The notes under the pieces are model-generated. The model worked only from the letters and a program-made list of their open reading frames with translations, was not told the DNA's origin and did no database searches. Shown piece after piece: positions 62,012 through 64,000 of a stretch of 64,000 nt of DNA; the stretch's first letter is position 1; the number at the start of each line of letters is the position of its first letter. The position numbers and the translations under genes are program-made. The DNA comes from Nemertoderma westbladi (lineage: Eukaryota; Animalia; Xenacoelomorpha): contig JAUCBJ010008861.1 of NCBI GenBank assembly GCA_032718475.1, positions 8,088-72,087 on the forward strand, read 5' to 3'.

Positions 62012-63931
62012 TAAATTGGAGAGATACGCCTATTCCTACTATCGGAAGAGACGGTAACAATACCTGCAATATCCTACTGTAAAGCTTGTAAATCAAATCA
62101 TAAATCCGACCTTCTCACCAAAACAGTAAACCCCAAGTAAGCGAATATATTGCAGTATCGATCTCTTTTAACCGGTGAGGCAGAAAACAGTCTACGAGCA
62201 GACAAACTTCGATAAAACAAAATCCCGCGCAGCGAATCCTAAAATCAGGCTGACTCACTGACGGACTAAGAGGCTCGTATACTTTGCCGCGGTGTGATTT
62301 ATATGGTTGGGCAAAGAGACGCTAGCTAGGTACAGAGCAGATTTAGAGATGTCTAACTAGCGGGCAAAGTGCAGTAAGGACGAAAGTTAATTTTATATAT
62401 TTTGAGGTGTAAATAATTTCTAACGCGCGTGTGTTAATTCTGAACAGTCAAAGCAGTTTTGCTCCTTCACATATATAATTACTGGGTACGGTGTGCATTT
62501 TACGAATATTCTAATTTTATAACTTGTAGGTCCAATACTCACGAATGATAAGGTTCCTTCCCCTCTTGCGTATCTCCAGGACTCAAATTCAGGCATAAGG
62601 TTAATACTACGCCCAGAATTCGGCAATTTTAGGTACCAGGTCCCTGATACTAAGAAGAGATGTGTTAGTTTACTACTGTAGGCGTACGGGTACTAATAGC
62701 TATCCTGGTTCCTATCTAGAATTTTAGTCACCCAGGTAGTCCGGGTAACTTCCTATTAGGGCGTTGGCGGGGACACGGTAGATGTTAGTATATCCCTGAT
62801 AGCCTCAATTTATTTGCGCCTAGCGTAAACTGCCCTACCGCCTGAACGGTACAATCCCAATTCAGGTGAAAACACAGCAACCCCCTAGCCTACAAGTTCT
62901 GATGTAATAGACACGGTCGTACTGCAAATAGTCGCACACACACCTGTACTTAGCAAGAGTTAAGCGTACAGTTTGCTGCACCCTAACCAATGTGTATGCC
63001 TTGTACCGGTGTGCCTACGTCCTATCTGCGTACTAGTATCTGCTCTCTCTCCCTCTCCCCCCCGTAGGAATATGAAGGTCTACTGCGGTTTTTCCTGAAT
63101 CAAGACAGTACAGTCCCTATGATGTAATTTTGGGCTTACAGCGTGTCACTACGTCTACCTTTTGATCTTTTTGGTCTTACACTTAGGTAGCAAGGATCGA
63201 ACGCTGTCTAACCTTTCAGGCGATGGGCGAATAACACTAGATGGTATTGCGGGTTGTCTCTCGTCTACATTCCCGTGATGTTCCCGTTCATTGCTGCGGC
63301 CCGATCTCTAGCCGGCCATCCTGTCCCTGAGTTTGTTCACCGTAGTGAAACCATATTAAAACAGATAGAAAGGCTGAGAGATGTGACTAGTATTTCTGAC
63401 TTTATTACAAAACATATAATAACTATTATACAATAAACAATGTAATCTGAAATAAGACAGAAAGTGAATGATGGAAATTGATGTGAAGTGAATAACTAAT
63501 GAACAAATCGCACCTTTATATACTAAATTTGTGCCGCAATCAATCGAGAAAATTCTCGATTGTTCTATAGATTCTAACAAGGTTTTAAAGATAGCTATTG
63601 GTCCAGCTAATATATAACTTGCACGACATTGGTTACAATCAAATAACTACAGCCTTATTGGTACAGACAAATGCAATTAATTTGTAGCGGTTAATTTAAA
63701 TGAGTTGAAATTCTACACAAAAAATAATTCGCACTTACTAGGATTCGAACTCGATACCTACTACACATATAATTTCCAACGCTCTACCAACTGAGCTACT
63801 GAACCACTTGACCGATAGATGCATAATAGATAGAACCAATACTAATGAGAACTCAAAGCAATCTTTACAAAGTTAATTCGAATAAAATAAAATTTTGAAA
63901 ATCCACGGCATTTAGGGAATATAATTCTATA
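62012..63931 (-). repeat. 5' LTR of family B
   Basis: Direct repeat of 48927-50846; sense termini TATAGA...AATTTA. Confidence 0.95.
63719..63805 (-). ncRNA. tRNA-derived Pol III-like cassette in the 5' LTR
   Basis: Identical to 50634-50720. Confidence 0.65.
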
Positions 63932-64000
63932 GTGCAATATATTAGTGTTTATTACGTACATAATTACTTATAATATATATTTAGTGTGACGGCAAGAAAT

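Larger units (their letters stand above)
48927..63931 (-). mobile_element. Complete young BEL/Pao LTR retrotransposon, family B, lacking RT and RNase H
   Basis: Two 1920-bp LTRs at a constant offset of 13085; TSD GTGCA (48922-48926 and 63932-63936); Gag-PR-IN ORF plus accessory ORFs. Confidence 0.95.

Overview
Repeat-dense eukaryotic (probably invertebrate animal) DNA with no recognisable host gene; almost every base is mobile-element or tandem-repeat sequence. Main contents: (1) a young 15.0-kb BEL/Pao LTR retrotransposon at 48927-63931 (- strand), with apparently identical 1920-bp LTRs ending TA..TA and a GTGCA target-site duplication (TSD). Its 2351-aa ORF encodes Gag, protease and integrase but has no RT or RNase H, and a downstream accessory zinc-knuckle gene follows. 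(2) An older, decayed BEL/Pao element of a different family at 2184-12296 with ~365-bp TG..CA LTRs and a homologous accessory gene, plus further BEL/Pao fragments. (3) A non-autonomous Polinton/Maverick-like element, a piggyBac-like MITE, LINE fragments, a minimal hammerhead ribozyme and several satellites. Top observation: neither BEL/Pao family has a TGG tRNA primer-binding site (PBS). In both, the 10-12 nt directly after the 5' LTR are perfectly complementary to an initiator-like segment inside their own LTR, and the paired sequences differ between the families. This is the signature of Tf1-style self-primed reverse transcription. All calls come from reading the sequence by eye; no alignments or database searches were run.
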